From positions 384,001 to 448,000 of the forward strand of contig CAVXGR010000011.1 in NCBI GenBank assembly GCA_963761335.1: a DNA stretch of 64,000 bases. The letters are read 5' to 3'. The translations under genes and the position numbers were made by a program. The notes below the pieces were generated by a model. That model was given only the letters and a program-made list of their open reading frames with translations. It searched no databases and was not told where the DNA came from. This document shows positions 51,048 through 60,899 of the stretch, one piece after another. Every line of letters starts with the position of its first letter. The first letter of the stretch is position 1. This DNA comes from an uncultured delta proteobacterium (GTDB lineage Bacteria > Desulfobacterota > Binatia > HRBIN30 > BPIQ01).

Positions 51048-52388
51048 ATGAAGGCGGAGGCCAAGGAGCGCCTTGCGCGCGGCATCGTCGAGCGGCTGCG
51101 CCAGGCGGGGCACGTCGCCTACTTCGCCGGCGGCTACGTGCGCGACCGGATCCTCGGCCACGCCTCACAGGATTTCGACATCGCCACCGACGCGCCCTCG
51201 GCGCGGGTGCAGGAGCTCTTCCGTCGCACCGTTCCGGTCGGCGCACAGTTCGGCGTGATCCTGGTGGTGGAGAAAGGCCAACCGTTCGAGGTCGCCACTT
51301 TTCGCACCGACGCCGAGTACCGCGACGGCCGCCATCCGGTGAGCGTGCGCTTCAGCTCCCCGGAGGAGGACGCACTCCGCCGTGACTTCACCATCAACGG
51401 CATGTTCTACGATCCCGCCCGCGACGAGATCATCGATCACGTCGGCGGACGGGATGATCTGCGGCGGCGCCTGATCCGCGCCATCGGCGATCCAGAGGCG
51501 CGCTTTGCCGAGGATCGCCTGCGCATGCTGCGCGCCGTGCGCTTCGCCGCCCGTCTGGGATTCTCCATCGAGGAGCAGACATTCGCGGCGATCCACCGCG
51601 AGTCGCACCACATCGTCGAGATCGCCTGGGAGCGCATCGGTGACGAGATCGTCCGCATCCTCACGGGAGCGGGCGCCCGCCGCGGCTTCGAGCTCCTCGA
51701 CCAGACCGGGCTCCTCGCCCAGGTGCTGCCCGAAGTCTCCGCCCTCCACGGCGTGGAGCAGTCCCCCGACTACCATCCGGAAGGCGACGTGTTCACGCAC
51801 ACACTGCTGCTGCTCGAGCATCTGGAGTCGCCGAGCGAGACACTGGCGCTGGGGGCGCTCCTGCACGACGTCGCCAAGCCACCGTGCGCCATGCGCACGC
51901 CGGCGCGGATCACCTTCCATGGCCACACCGCTCTCGGCGCAGAGATGGCGATCACCATCTGCCAGCGCCTGCGCCGCAGTCGGGCGGTATGGGAACGGGT
52001 GGAGTATCTGGTGCGCAACCACCTGCGCCTGCTGCAGGCGCCGCAGATGAAGCTGAGCACTCTCAAGCGCTTCCTCGCCGAGGAGGGCATCGACGAGCTG
52101 CTGGCACTGGCCCGTCTCGACGCTCTCGCCTCCAACGGCGATCTGTCCTTCTGCGATTTCTGCCGCCAGCGCCGCGCCGAGCTGAGCGAGGCGCAGATCA
52201 AGCCGCCGCCCCTGCTGCGCGGCCGCGACCTCGTGCTCCTCGGCTTCCAGCCGGGGCCGAGGTTCGGAGAAATCCTCGACGCCGTCGAAGAGGCGCAGCT
52301 CGACGGTACGCTGACCTCAAGGGAGCAGGCGCTGTCGTGGGTTCGGGAGCGCTTCTCCGAGCCGAGCCGCGGCGCCCGAGAGGAGTGA
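51048..52388 (+). CDS. cca: tRNA nucleotidyltransferase (CCA-adding/PAP family) with HD domain
   Basis: GGYVRD, DFDIAT, EDALRRDFTING, EDRLRMLRAVRF, LLHDVAK. Confidence 0.9.
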   Translation: MKAEAKERLARGIVERLRQAGHVAYFAGGYVRDRILGHASQDFDIATDAPSARVQELFRRTVPVGAQFGVILVVEKGQPFEVATFRTDAEYRDGRHPVSVRFSSPEEDALRRDFTINGMFYDPARDEIIDHVGGRDDLRRRLIRAIGDPEARFAEDRLRMLRAVRFAARLGFSIEEQTFAAIHRESHHIVEIAWERIGDEIVRILTGAGARRGFELLDQTGLLAQVLPEVSALHGVEQSPDYHPEGDVFTHTLLLLEHLESPSETLALGALLHDVAKPPCAMRTPARITFHGHTALGAEMAITICQRLRRSRAVWERVEYLVRNHLRLLQAPQMKLSTLKRFLAEEGIDELLALARLDALASNGDLSFCDFCRQRRAELSEAQIKPPPLLRGRDLVLLGFQPGPRFGEILDAVEEAQLDGTLTSREQALSWVRERFSEPSRGAREE

Positions 52389-52392
52389 GCCG

Positions 52393-52893
52393 ATGAGCAC
52401 GACGATCTACCTGGTTCGCCACGCGATCGCGCCCGATGCCGCCGCGGGCGAGCCGGACGAGGAGCGCCCCTTGACACCGGAAGGTGCCCGCAAGATGGCG
52501 CGGGTGGCGCTCGGGCTGAAGCAGCAGGACATTGCCGTCGACGTTCTTCTCTGCAGCCCCCTGCGGCGCGCCCGCGAGACCGCCGAGATCCTCGCCGAGG
52601 TATTTGGAGGGGACCTGCAGGTGCAGGTCTGCGATGCCTTGTCTCCGGGCCGCAGCGCCGCCACCGCCGCCAGGGCCATCGCCCGCCACCGCAGCGCGGC
52701 GGGCGTCTTCGCCGTGGGCCATCAGCCCGGGATCGCCCAGCTCGCCTCGCATCTGCTCACCGGCTCCGCGGACGCCCTCTGGCTGCCCTTCAAGAAGGGC
52801 GGCGTCGCCGCGATTCAGCTCGCGGAGCCCGGAGAGACCGCATCGCTCCTCTGGTTTTCCACACCCGCGCAGCTCCGCGCCATCGCTGACTGA
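52393..52893 (+). CDS. sixA: Phosphohistidine phosphatase SixA
   Basis: LVRHA, RPLT, SPLRRARETA, VGHQP. Confidence 0.92.
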   Translation: MSTTIYLVRHAIAPDAAAGEPDEERPLTPEGARKMARVALGLKQQDIAVDVLLCSPLRRARETAEILAEVFGGDLQVQVCDALSPGRSAATAARAIARHRSAAGVFAVGHQPGIAQLASHLLTGSADALWLPFKKGGVAAIQLAEPGETASLLWFSTPAQLRAIAD

Positions 52894-52908
52894 GACGCAG
52901 AAAAGCAA

Positions 52909-52939
52909 AGGGCCGCCGGGGATCATCCCCGGCGGCCCT
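52909..52939. terminator. GC-rich hairpin between convergent genes
   Basis: AGGGCCGCCGGGGAT-C-ATCCCCGGCGGCCCT, with an A-rich run on the left side. Confidence 0.75.
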
Positions 52940-52982
52940 CGAGCTGTCGAAGCCCTCCTGGCGAGGGCACCGCGTCAGATGC

Positions 52983-54692
52983 TCACAGGTGGCAGAGCAT
53001 CCCGGTCGACTTCGGCTGGCAGACCGGGCGGAAGGCGATCGCCTGGTTGCCGACCTTGATGCACATGTTGAAGGCCACCGGGAAGTTCCAGCCGTCGGCG
53101 GCGCGCGCAATGGCGGGGATGTCGGCCGTGTACACGAAGCGCAAGCCGTCGCCGAGCGGGCTGAGGCTCACCCCCCGCGGGCCATCGGCGCCGGCGGTGC
53201 CGCTTCCATCGAGGCTGATGGTGCCGCCTTCGAAGAGCCCGGTCACGTCGCCCGGTTGGGTAATCCAGTGGTCCATGATCACCTGCACGGTCTGTCCCGG
53301 ATGCAGATCGAGACCGGGGCATTGCCGGTTGGTCAGCAGCGCCGAGAAGTCCAGCCCCAAGGCGTCGTACCAGGTCATGCGCAGCTGGGAGACGCCGTAC
53401 TGGCAGGCGTTGCTGCAATCCGCGGCGCCAGCGGGCAGCTGCGCCGTCGGCGTCGGATTGATCGCGGTCGGGTTCTGATCCGGCTGCTTCGGCGTCGGTG
53501 TCGGCGCCTGACTCCCGGCCCGCGTCGGCTTCGGCGGACGCGTCGGCCGCGGCACGCGCGTCGGCCGCACCGGATGAGCCGGGCCGCCGTTCGAGCTGCC
53601 CGTGCCCGGACGCGGAGTCCGTGTCGGACGCGGCGCCCGCGTCGGCCGTTCGCGGCTGATCGTGGGCTTCGGTGGACGCGTCGGCCGTGGTGGACGCGTC
53701 GGTCGCTGCGGCCGGCCAACTTCCGCCGCCTGCGTGGGCGTCGGCGTCGCCGCCGCGCCCGGCTGCGTCGCTGCCGGCGTGCTTGCCGGCAGAGGCGTCG
53801 CCGTCGGCTCCTCTCCGTTTCGCGGCGCGCGCGTGGGACGTGCCGGACGCGTCGGTCGCGGACGAGGCAGGATGATCCGCGGCGGCCGCGTGACCGGGGT
53901 GACCTGTGGCCGGTCGACGAATCCGGTCAGATCGGGCGGGTTGAGCGATACGGAGACCGGCGTATAGGCCAGATTGTTGTCCTTGGTCTTCTCCCAGATC
54001 AGGCCCGTCGGATCGACGTCGTTGACCAGGAAGTAGGTACCGGTCGGCACCTGGTGATCCGAGTCCGGGTCGAGGGGAATCACCTGGTCGGGGTAACGCC
54101 GCTCGTACACGTCCTTCCAGCCGACGGAGATCCCCTGAATGCCCTCCTGCGACTTGCAGTCGTTCTCCAGCTGCATCGGATAGTCGTTGACCTTGTATCC
54201 CTTGACGGGAACGACATCGAGGAGACAGAAGGACGCCTTGCCTCCGGTCGCCACCGCCTCACCGGTGACCGGGTCGTCGGCGCGCAGATCGTAGGTGATG
54301 TAGTTCTGCCAGTGCCAGTGGTTGTGCGAGGGGTGGAACTCGAAGTAGCCGCCCGGGCGGGCGCACATGCTGCCGTCGCGCTTCCAGATGATCTGGTAGC
54401 CGAGCGTCTGCACCCCCTGATCGGTCGACAGGGTGCGCGCCTCGATGAGAAGCGGCCCGTCGCCGAGGTTCGCCGTGGCCGAGGTGAACGAGAAGACGCG
54501 CCGGCCGTTCTGGTAGATATTGCGAATGTCGGTCGGCGGGTCGGGAACGAGATCCGGCAGCAGCAGGTTGGGATCGCCTTCCTGACAGGTCGGCAATGTC
54601 GGATAAGCCGGATAATCGGCCGGCGCCGGCTGCCCGAAGGCAGTCACGGCCACCGTCAATACGAAGACAGAGGTCAAGAGCAGGACGCGCAC
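52983..54692 (-). CDS. Secreted lysyl oxidase-domain protein with Pro/Thr/Arg repeat linker and Cys-containing C-terminal domain
   Basis: LLPDL, NLGDGP, FHPSHNHWH, KASFCL, GISVGWKDVY; GTG start with GGGAGG RBS. Confidence 0.85.
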   Translation of the reverse strand: MRVLLLTSVFVLTVAVTAFGQPAPADYPAYPTLPTCQEGDPNLLLPDLVPDPPTDIRNIYQNGRRVFSFTSATANLGDGPLLIEARTLSTDQGVQTLGYQIIWKRDGSMCARPGGYFEFHPSHNHWHWQNYITYDLRADDPVTGEAVATGGKASFCLLDVVPVKGYKVNDYPMQLENDCKSQEGIQGISVGWKDVYERRYPDQVIPLDPDSDHQVPTGTYFLVNDVDPTGLIWEKTKDNNLAYTPVSVSLNPPDLTGFVDRPQVTPVTRPPRIILPRPRPTRPARPTRAPRNGEEPTATPLPASTPAATQPGAAATPTPTQAAEVGRPQRPTRPPRPTRPPKPTISRERPTRAPRPTRTPRPGTGSSNGGPAHPVRPTRVPRPTRPPKPTRAGSQAPTPTPKQPDQNPTAINPTPTAQLPAGAADCSNACQYGVSQLRMTWYDALGLDFSALLTNRQCPGLDLHPGQTVQVIMDHWITQPGDVTGLFEGGTISLDGSGTAGADGPRGVSLSPLGDGLRFVYTADIPAIARAADGWNFPVAFNMCIKVGNQAIAFRPVCQPKSTGMLCHL

Positions 54693-54885
54693 AGTTACCC
54701 TCCCAGTCAGGCGATACAGGACAACTACCGGCACTTCCGGGAAGCGGGGCACACGCCGACCCGGTAGCATTCGGCTCCCTCTCCTCCCATATGGAGTCGC
54801 TACCACCGGTGCCCCAGTCAGTCAAACAAAATATAGGCGCGCAGCCAGGCGGTACCCCGGCCCGGACGCCGGGGGAACACCGCGG

Positions 54886-56055
54886 CTACCCCCTCGAGAG
54901 GAGGGCCACGGTCTCGACGTGATCCGTCTGCGGCAGCATGTCGAATGCCTGGACGCGGTCGGCCGAATACCCCCTCTCGGAGAACCAGGCCAGATCCCGC
55001 GCCAGAGTGCGGAGGTCGCAGGATACGTAGACGATGCGCGCCGGCTGCGCCCGGGCGATCGCCTCTCGCGCCGGCTCCTCCACGCCCTTGCGCGGTGGGT
55101 TGACGGTGACCACCTCGAGGTCGCGCGCCACCTCGCGCACCTCGTCCAGCTTCCCGGCGGCGGTGCCCTGAACGAAGCGGGCGTTGGACACCCCGTTCAG
55201 GCGAACGTTGAAGCGCGCGTCGAGCACCGCCGGCGGCGACTCCTCGATGCCGATGACCCGGCGAAAATGCGGGGTCAGGTGAAACGCCAGACCGCCGACG
55301 CCGCAGTACAGGTCCACGGCAATTCCCCCGGGCTGGGGCGCGGCCCAGGCAGCGGCCAGCTCGTAGATGCGCCGCGCCATCGGCACGTTGGCCTGGAAGA
55401 AGGAGCCCGCCTGACAGCGCAGGCGCAGGGCGCCGACGCGCTCCATCAGCCACGCCGCCGGCGTCAGAGGCTGGAACACCGGCCCGAAGACGACGTTCCC
55501 CGGATCGGCATTGACGTTCTGAACGACGCTCACCAAGCCGCGTACCCGGCGCTGCAGATCGCGAACCAGCGAACGGCCAGCGGGCAGGGTCGGCTCGGCG
55601 GTCACCACGATCAGCTGCGCCTGCTTCTGCCAGGCGCTGACGCGCACGGCGAGATAGCGGAGGGCCCCCTGGCGCAGGCGTTCGTCATAGACGCTGAGAT
55701 CGCGTTCGTCGATCGCCTCGCGGGCGGCCTCGATGACGCGCGCGATCAGCGGGTGATGCACGGGGCAGCGGCTGATGTCGATCACCTGATGGGTGCCCGG
55801 CCGATATACCCCGACCAGGACGCCGCGGCGGGCGCGGCGCAGAACCAGCTTGGCCTGGGTGCGATAGCCGAAGGCGCGCGGCGAGCCGACGACCTCGGGG
55901 ATCTCCAGGGCGCCGAGGCGCGGATGCGCCGCAAAGGCGGCCCGCACGGCGGCCCGCTTGCGGATGAGCTGCTCGCCGTAGGGCAGACCCACGAAGGCAC
56001 AGCCCACGCACTCGGGATAGTGCGGGCACGGCGGCGTCTGCGGCGCGGCGCTCAG
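54886..56055 (-). CDS. rlmD: RNA m5U methyltransferase (RlmD/TrmA family), no TRAM domain; likely CTG start
   Basis: CPHYPECVGC...C Fe-S ligands, SFFQAN, DLYCGVG, NPPRKG, YVSC, DMLPQTDHVE. Confidence 0.88.
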   Translation of the reverse strand: MSAAPQTPPCPHYPECVGCAFVGLPYGEQLIRKRAAVRAAFAAHPRLGALEIPEVVGSPRAFGYRTQAKLVLRRARRGVLVGVYRPGTHQVIDISRCPVHHPLIARVIEAAREAIDERDLSVYDERLRQGALRYLAVRVSAWQKQAQLIVVTAEPTLPAGRSLVRDLQRRVRGLVSVVQNVNADPGNVVFGPVFQPLTPAAWLMERVGALRLRCQAGSFFQANVPMARRIYELAAAWAAPQPGGIAVDLYCGVGGLAFHLTPHFRRVIGIEESPPAVLDARFNVRLNGVSNARFVQGTAAGKLDEVREVARDLEVVTVNPPRKGVEEPAREAIARAQPARIVYVSCDLRTLARDLAWFSERGYSADRVQAFDMLPQTDHVETVALLSRG

Positions 56056-57317
56056 ATCACCGTCCCGGATTCGATCACCGCCTGCTTGGGGACGATCACG
56101 ATGCCGTCGCGAATGTAGAAGCCGCGCCCCTCGCCCTCGCGTACGCCTTCGGCGTTGCGAATGACCACGCCGTCGCCGATGCGGGCATTCTTGTCGATGA
56201 TCGCGCCCTCGATGGTGCAACCCTCGCCGACGCCGATCGGCAACCGCCTGTCACCCTCTGCCCGATCCGACTCGAAGAAATCGGCTCCCATCATCACCGT
56301 GCGGCGGATGTGGCTGCCGCGGCGGATGACGCTGCGAATGCCGATGATCGAGCTCTCGATCACCGCCTCATCGATGCGGCACCCCTCGCAGATGATCGAC
56401 TCGCGCATCTCCACCGAGCGCAGCCTCGATCCCGGCAGCAGACGCGGGCGCGTGTAGATCGGGATCGATTCGCTGAAGAGGTCGAGAGGCGGGTTGTCCG
56501 TGGTCAAATCGAGGTTGGCGGCGTAGAAGGTGCGGATGGTGCCGATGTCCTCCCAGTAGCCGGTGAAGAAGAACGATTGAACCCGTTGCGACTTGATGGC
56601 GGCCGGGATGACCTCCTTGCCGAAATCGAGCTGCGACGGATCCTCGAGAACCTTCACCAGGATCTCCGGCTGGAAGACGTAGATTCCCATCGAGGCCAGA
56701 TAGCGGCGTTCCGTCGGAATGCCGCGGCCGCGGAGCACCTCGTCGCTCAGCGCCAGTGGCCGCAGAAGCTCCGGGCTGCGCGGCTTCTCGGCAAAATCGA
56801 TGACTGTGCCGAAGCCGTCGGTCTGCAGGATTCCGAACTCGGAGGCATCGCGCTCGCTCACCGGCGTCACCGCCACCGTGATGTCCGCCTTTGACGCCCG
56901 GTGGGAGGCGAGAATGTGGCTGTAGTCCATCGAGTACAGCTGATCGCCGGAGAGCACCAGGATCAGATCCGGGTTGCGGCTGAGAAAATGGTGCAGCTGC
57001 TTGCGCACCGCGTCCGCGGTGCCCTGATACCAGTCGCTGCTGCTCTCGGTCTGCTCGGCGGCGAGAATCTCGACGAAGCCGCGGGAAAACAGGTCGAAGC
57101 GGTAGGTGCGCGATACGTGCCGGTTCAGCGATGCCGACTGGAACTGGGAGAGCACGTAGATCTTCCGCAGACCCGAATTGATGCAGTTGCTGATCGGGAT
57201 GTCGACCAGTCGGTACTTTCCGGCCAGAGGCACCGCCGGCTTACTGCGCAGCTGCGTGAGCGGGTAGAGGCGGGTCCCGCGACCGCCCCCGAGAACCACC
57301 GAAACGACGTTATCCAC
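56052..57317 (-). CDS. glgC: Glucose-1-phosphate adenylyltransferase
   Basis: LGGGRGTRLYPLT, KPAVP, WYQGTADAV, ASMGIYVF, DFGKE, YWEDIGT. Confidence 0.96.
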   Translation of the reverse strand: MDNVVSVVLGGGRGTRLYPLTQLRSKPAVPLAGKYRLVDIPISNCINSGLRKIYVLSQFQSASLNRHVSRTYRFDLFSRGFVEILAAEQTESSSDWYQGTADAVRKQLHHFLSRNPDLILVLSGDQLYSMDYSHILASHRASKADITVAVTPVSERDASEFGILQTDGFGTVIDFAEKPRSPELLRPLALSDEVLRGRGIPTERRYLASMGIYVFQPEILVKVLEDPSQLDFGKEVIPAAIKSQRVQSFFFTGYWEDIGTIRTFYAANLDLTTDNPPLDLFSESIPIYTRPRLLPGSRLRSVEMRESIICEGCRIDEAVIESSIIGIRSVIRRGSHIRRTVMMGADFFESDRAEGDRRLPIGVGEGCTIEGAIIDKNARIGDGVVIRNAEGVREGEGRGFYIRDGIVIVPKQAVIESGTVI

Positions 57318-57389
57318 AGTCGGGAAACATACCCGAGAGAGCCCCAATGGTCTATGGGGGCGGCGCGCCGAGGCCGGCGAATACCGAAG

Positions 57390-58112
57390 TCAAAGCGCCG
57401 CAAACAGCAGCAGCGCCAGGAGCTGCACCGCGAATCCGGTGGCGCCCACGGCGGCGCCGCTGACGCCGCCGAGCCAGCGGTGCCAGAGGAGGCGAAGTCC
57501 GATGGTGGCCAGAGCCATGGCGACGCCGACGGCGATACCGACGGCCTCGGTAGCGGAGAAGAGAACGCCGAAGGTGAAGACGCTGGCGAGCGCGAACTCG
57601 CGGAAGGTGATGCCGCGGGCGAACTTGACGCCGCTGCCGGCCTGCGCAGCATCGCGCGCACCGAAGGCGCAGACGACGGCGCTCCAGCAACCCAGCATCG
57701 GCGCGAAGAGAAGCGCCGTCGGTCTGGCGCCGCCGAGTGCGGCGACCGCGGCCACCGTGCCGGCGACGCCGGCGACCAGAAAGATCCAGGCGCCGACTCC
57801 GAGGCGCGGCTGCCGCATGCGTTGCAGCGCCCGGCGGCGATCGGCGCCGAGCGCGGCGCCGCTACGGCCCCAGGACAGCAACAGGAAGCCGCGACCGGCC
57901 CCCAGGAGCACGAGCGCAGAGACCGCAGCGCGCAGCCACCCCGGCGCCGCGACGCCGCGCAGCCCGGCGTCGATCAGCGCCGCGAGCCCACCGACGGCGA
58001 GGCCCGCCGCCGGCAGCAGCAGCGCGCCGCGGTCGAGCGCGGTGACCGCCGGCCGCCACCGCACGGGCGACACGAAGGCCGCGGCATGGAGCACCTCATC
58101 GAGGCGCGGCAC
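57390..58112 (-). CDS. cobS: CobS-like membrane protein (divergent)
   Basis: TM layout, LPAAGLAVG, RRRALQRMRQPRLG, LGGVSG..VGA resemble CobS; conserved acidic motifs are absent. Confidence 0.6.
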   Translation of the reverse strand: MPRLDEVLHAAAFVSPVRWRPAVTALDRGALLLPAAGLAVGGLAALIDAGLRGVAAPGWLRAAVSALVLLGAGRGFLLLSWGRSGAALGADRRRALQRMRQPRLGVGAWIFLVAGVAGTVAAVAALGGARPTALLFAPMLGCWSAVVCAFGARDAAQAGSGVKFARGITFREFALASVFTFGVLFSATEAVGIAVGVAMALATIGLRLLWHRWLGGVSGAAVGATGFAVQLLALLLFAAL

Positions 58113-58278
58113 TCCCGAGTGCGGAAGGTTCGGCGAGCTGTCGGCAACCGGATCCACGAGAAAGTCTCTCTTGCGGATTTCGCGACACGGCGCCAGCGGT
58201 TCGGGCCAGAATGCGGCTCCGGCACTCCGCCCGCGCCTTGCTTGCCTTGGCCTCGGCCGGGCGATTATAAGCTCGCGC

Positions 58279-59280
58279 GTGCGCACCAACCGTCGCGGCG
58301 CCTTGGCCGTCGCCGTCTTGCTCTCGATCGCCTGCATCTCCCTGTGCGGGTGTGCCGTGATCGTCGCCCGCCTCAACCCGTTCGGCGGCGAGCCCGAGTC
58401 GCTCGAAGAGCAGACGGTGCAGGGAGAGGGGGGCGCCAAGATCCTGCTGGTCGACGTCTCCAAGGTGATCAGCGACGAGCCGCGCGATGAGGCCTTCGGC
58501 CTGCGCCGCCACGAGAGCGCCGTGGCGCGACTGGTGGAGCAGCTGCGGCGCGCCGCCAAGGACGACGAGGTTCGCGCCGTGGTGGTGCGCATCAACAGCC
58601 CGGGCGGCACGGTGACCGCCAGCGACATTCTCTACCACGAGATCCGCCGCTTCGCGGAGCAGAAGCAGGTGCCCGTCGTCGCCCAGCTGATGGACGTCGC
58701 CGCATCCGGCGGCTACTACGTGGCCCTGGCGGCGGACGAGATCGTCGCGCATCCGACCACGGTCACCGGCAGCATCGGGGTAGTCATGTTCGGACTCAAT
58801 TTTGCCGGCCTGCTCGACAAGATCGGGGTCGCGGACCAGACGCTCAAGGCCGGAGCGCACAAGGACATCGGCTCGCCGCTGCGGCAGATGACGCCGGAGG
58901 AACGCCAGATCCTCCAGGCGATTCTCGATCAGATGCGCCAGCGATTCGTCGAGCTGGTCCGCGAGCGGCGCCCGCAGGCACGCCCGGAGCTGCTGGCCGA
59001 AGCCACCGACGGCCGGGTGCTGAGCGCCGAGCAGGCTCTGCGCAGCGGCCTCGTCGACGACATCGGCTATCTCGAAGACTCCCTGTCGATCGCCCGCCGC
59101 CGTGCCGGCATCGAGCAAGCTCGAGTGATCATGTACCGCCGCCCGTCCGAGTACGCGGAGAACATCTACTCCGACACCCACATCGGCGCGCCACAGGTCA
59201 ATCTGATCCACTTCGACCTCGACAGCCTGGGCTTTCGCGGCCAGGAGTTCATGTACCTCTGGCTTCCCGGTGGCCTCTAG
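58279..59280 (+). CDS. sppA: Signal peptide peptidase SppA (S49)
   Basis: RINSPGG, AASGGYY, TGSIGV, K..KD; lipobox-like LCGC. Confidence 0.93.
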   Translation: MRTNRRGALAVAVLLSIACISLCGCAVIVARLNPFGGEPESLEEQTVQGEGGAKILLVDVSKVISDEPRDEAFGLRRHESAVARLVEQLRRAAKDDEVRAVVVRINSPGGTVTASDILYHEIRRFAEQKQVPVVAQLMDVAASGGYYVALAADEIVAHPTTVTGSIGVVMFGLNFAGLLDKIGVADQTLKAGAHKDIGSPLRQMTPEERQILQAILDQMRQRFVELVRERRPQARPELLAEATDGRVLSAEQALRSGLVDDIGYLEDSLSIARRRAGIEQARVIMYRRPSEYAENIYSDTHIGAPQVNLIHFDLDSLGFRGQEFMYLWLPGGL

Positions 59281-60796
59281 CTACCCGCCAGCGCCTTCCG
59301 ACGCCGCGCAGCGCCGGCGCTGGTCGCTGATCTGGGGACTGCTGGTCGCCAGCAGCGCAATCTACTTCCTCTCGGACAACACCGCCGACAACGACCTTTG
59401 GGTTCACCTGCGCGCCGGGCTCGACATTCTCTCGAGCGGCCGCGTGCCGCGACTCGACGCCTACTCGTACACCGTCGCCGGCCATGCCTGGGTCGATCAC
59501 GAGTGGCTGACACAGGCGGCCTTCGGCGCCGCCTTCCGCCGCTTCGGCTCGGCGGGGCTGATGGGATTGAAGCTGATCCTCGGCGGCGGCGCGGTGCTGC
59601 TGCTCGGCCGGCGCACGGCTCGCCGCAGCCGCAATCCACACGTCTGGGGGCCGCTGCTGATACTGGCGCTGGCGGTTCTCGCCCGCGGCTTCGCGGTACG
59701 GCCGCAGCTGACCACCTATCTTCTGGTCGCGCTTCTCCTCTGGCTGCTCGACCGGGCACCGCGCCGGCCGCGGGCCGTTGCCGCGGCGCTCGTCATCCTC
59801 TTCGTGCTGTGGGCCAATGCGCACGGCGCCTTCATTCTCGGCATCGGCATCAGCGGCCTCGCCGTCGCGGGAATGTGGACGGATCAGCGGCGGGTCGCCC
59901 TGTGGCTCGCGACGGCCACCGCGGCGGGGGCATTGCTGGCGCTCATGCTGAACCCCTATGGCCCCTCGCTCGCCACCTATCTCTGGCACGAGCTCAGCGG
60001 GCCACACCCGATCACCGAGTGGCAGCCGATCTCGTGGGAGCTGGCGCAGGGCACCTTTCTGGCCCTGGTGGCGGTCTTCGTGACCACCCTTCCCTTCACC
60101 GAGAGCTGGCGGCGCGACGGCTGGCAGGTGGCGCTGGCCGCGGGCCTGGTGGTCCTCGCCTTTCGCCAGCAACGGCACACGCCTCTCTTCGCGCTGGCGG
60201 TGACGCCGCTGGCGGCAGCGCAGGTCGACGCCGCGGTGCGCCGCTTCGCGGCGCCGCGACGGCGGCCGCTCTCCGCGGGTGCACGGCGACTCCTGATCGC
60301 CGGGATGGCCGGCATCGCCACCCTGCAGCTGCTGCTGGCCGGAGCCCGTCTGGGGCGCGACCACATGCAGCTGGTATTCGCCGCCGACGATTACCCGGTC
60401 GGCGCCGTGCGCTACCTGCGCCAATCCGGCGCCGGCGGCAATCTCGCCGTCCCACTGGAATGGGGCGCCTATGCGCTCTGGCATCTCGAGCCACACGTTC
60501 GCGTCTCCCTGGACGGACGCTTCGCCACCGTCTATCCCGCAGCCGTGGTGCAGACCAACTTCGCCTTCTTCGCCGGGCGCCCCGGCTGGCGGGCGCTGCT
60601 CGACGACTATCCCACCGACCTGGCGTTGGCGCCGGCATACGCGCCGCCTCCGGTGAGCGGCCTGCCCCGGTGGCGCCGCGCCTATTCCGATGCAGTCGCG
60701 GTTCTCTTCGTCCGCCGCGGCAGTGCCGCCGATGCGGCGCTCGTCGGCCCGCCCCCGGCACCGCCGCCGCGCGGCGCCGTGATGCCCTTTCCGTGA
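59270..60796 (+). CDS. Polytopic membrane protein, GT-C glycosyltransferase-like
   Basis: ADNDLWVHLRAG, WVDHEWL, RPQ, LWANAHG, NPYG, ITEW, VSLDGR. Confidence 0.7.
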   Translation: MASSYPPAPSDAAQRRRWSLIWGLLVASSAIYFLSDNTADNDLWVHLRAGLDILSSGRVPRLDAYSYTVAGHAWVDHEWLTQAAFGAAFRRFGSAGLMGLKLILGGGAVLLLGRRTARRSRNPHVWGPLLILALAVLARGFAVRPQLTTYLLVALLLWLLDRAPRRPRAVAAALVILFVLWANAHGAFILGIGISGLAVAGMWTDQRRVALWLATATAAGALLALMLNPYGPSLATYLWHELSGPHPITEWQPISWELAQGTFLALVAVFVTTLPFTESWRRDGWQVALAAGLVVLAFRQQRHTPLFALAVTPLAAAQVDAAVRRFAAPRRRPLSAGARRLLIAGMAGIATLQLLLAGARLGRDHMQLVFAADDYPVGAVRYLRQSGAGGNLAVPLEWGAYALWHLEPHVRVSLDGRFATVYPAAVVQTNFAFFAGRPGWRALLDDYPTDLALAPAYAPPPVSGLPRWRRAYSDAVAVLFVRRGSAADAALVGPPPAPPPRGAVMPFP

Positions 60797-60818
60797 GCCC
60801 CGCGGGCGGCGGCGAGAC

Positions 60819-60899
60819 CGGGGGTCGAAGAGTCTGTCTCAAAACCAAAGTAGAAGCGCCGTCCCGGTGCTTTCCGAAGCGGCGAGACGCCGCTTCTAC
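60819..60899. repeat. Family A element: one TIR arm plus REP doublet copy 8 (60850-60899)
   Basis: CCGGGGGTCGAAGAGTCTGTCTCAAAACC-AAA-GTAGAAGCGCC...CGCTTCTAC. Confidence 0.85.
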
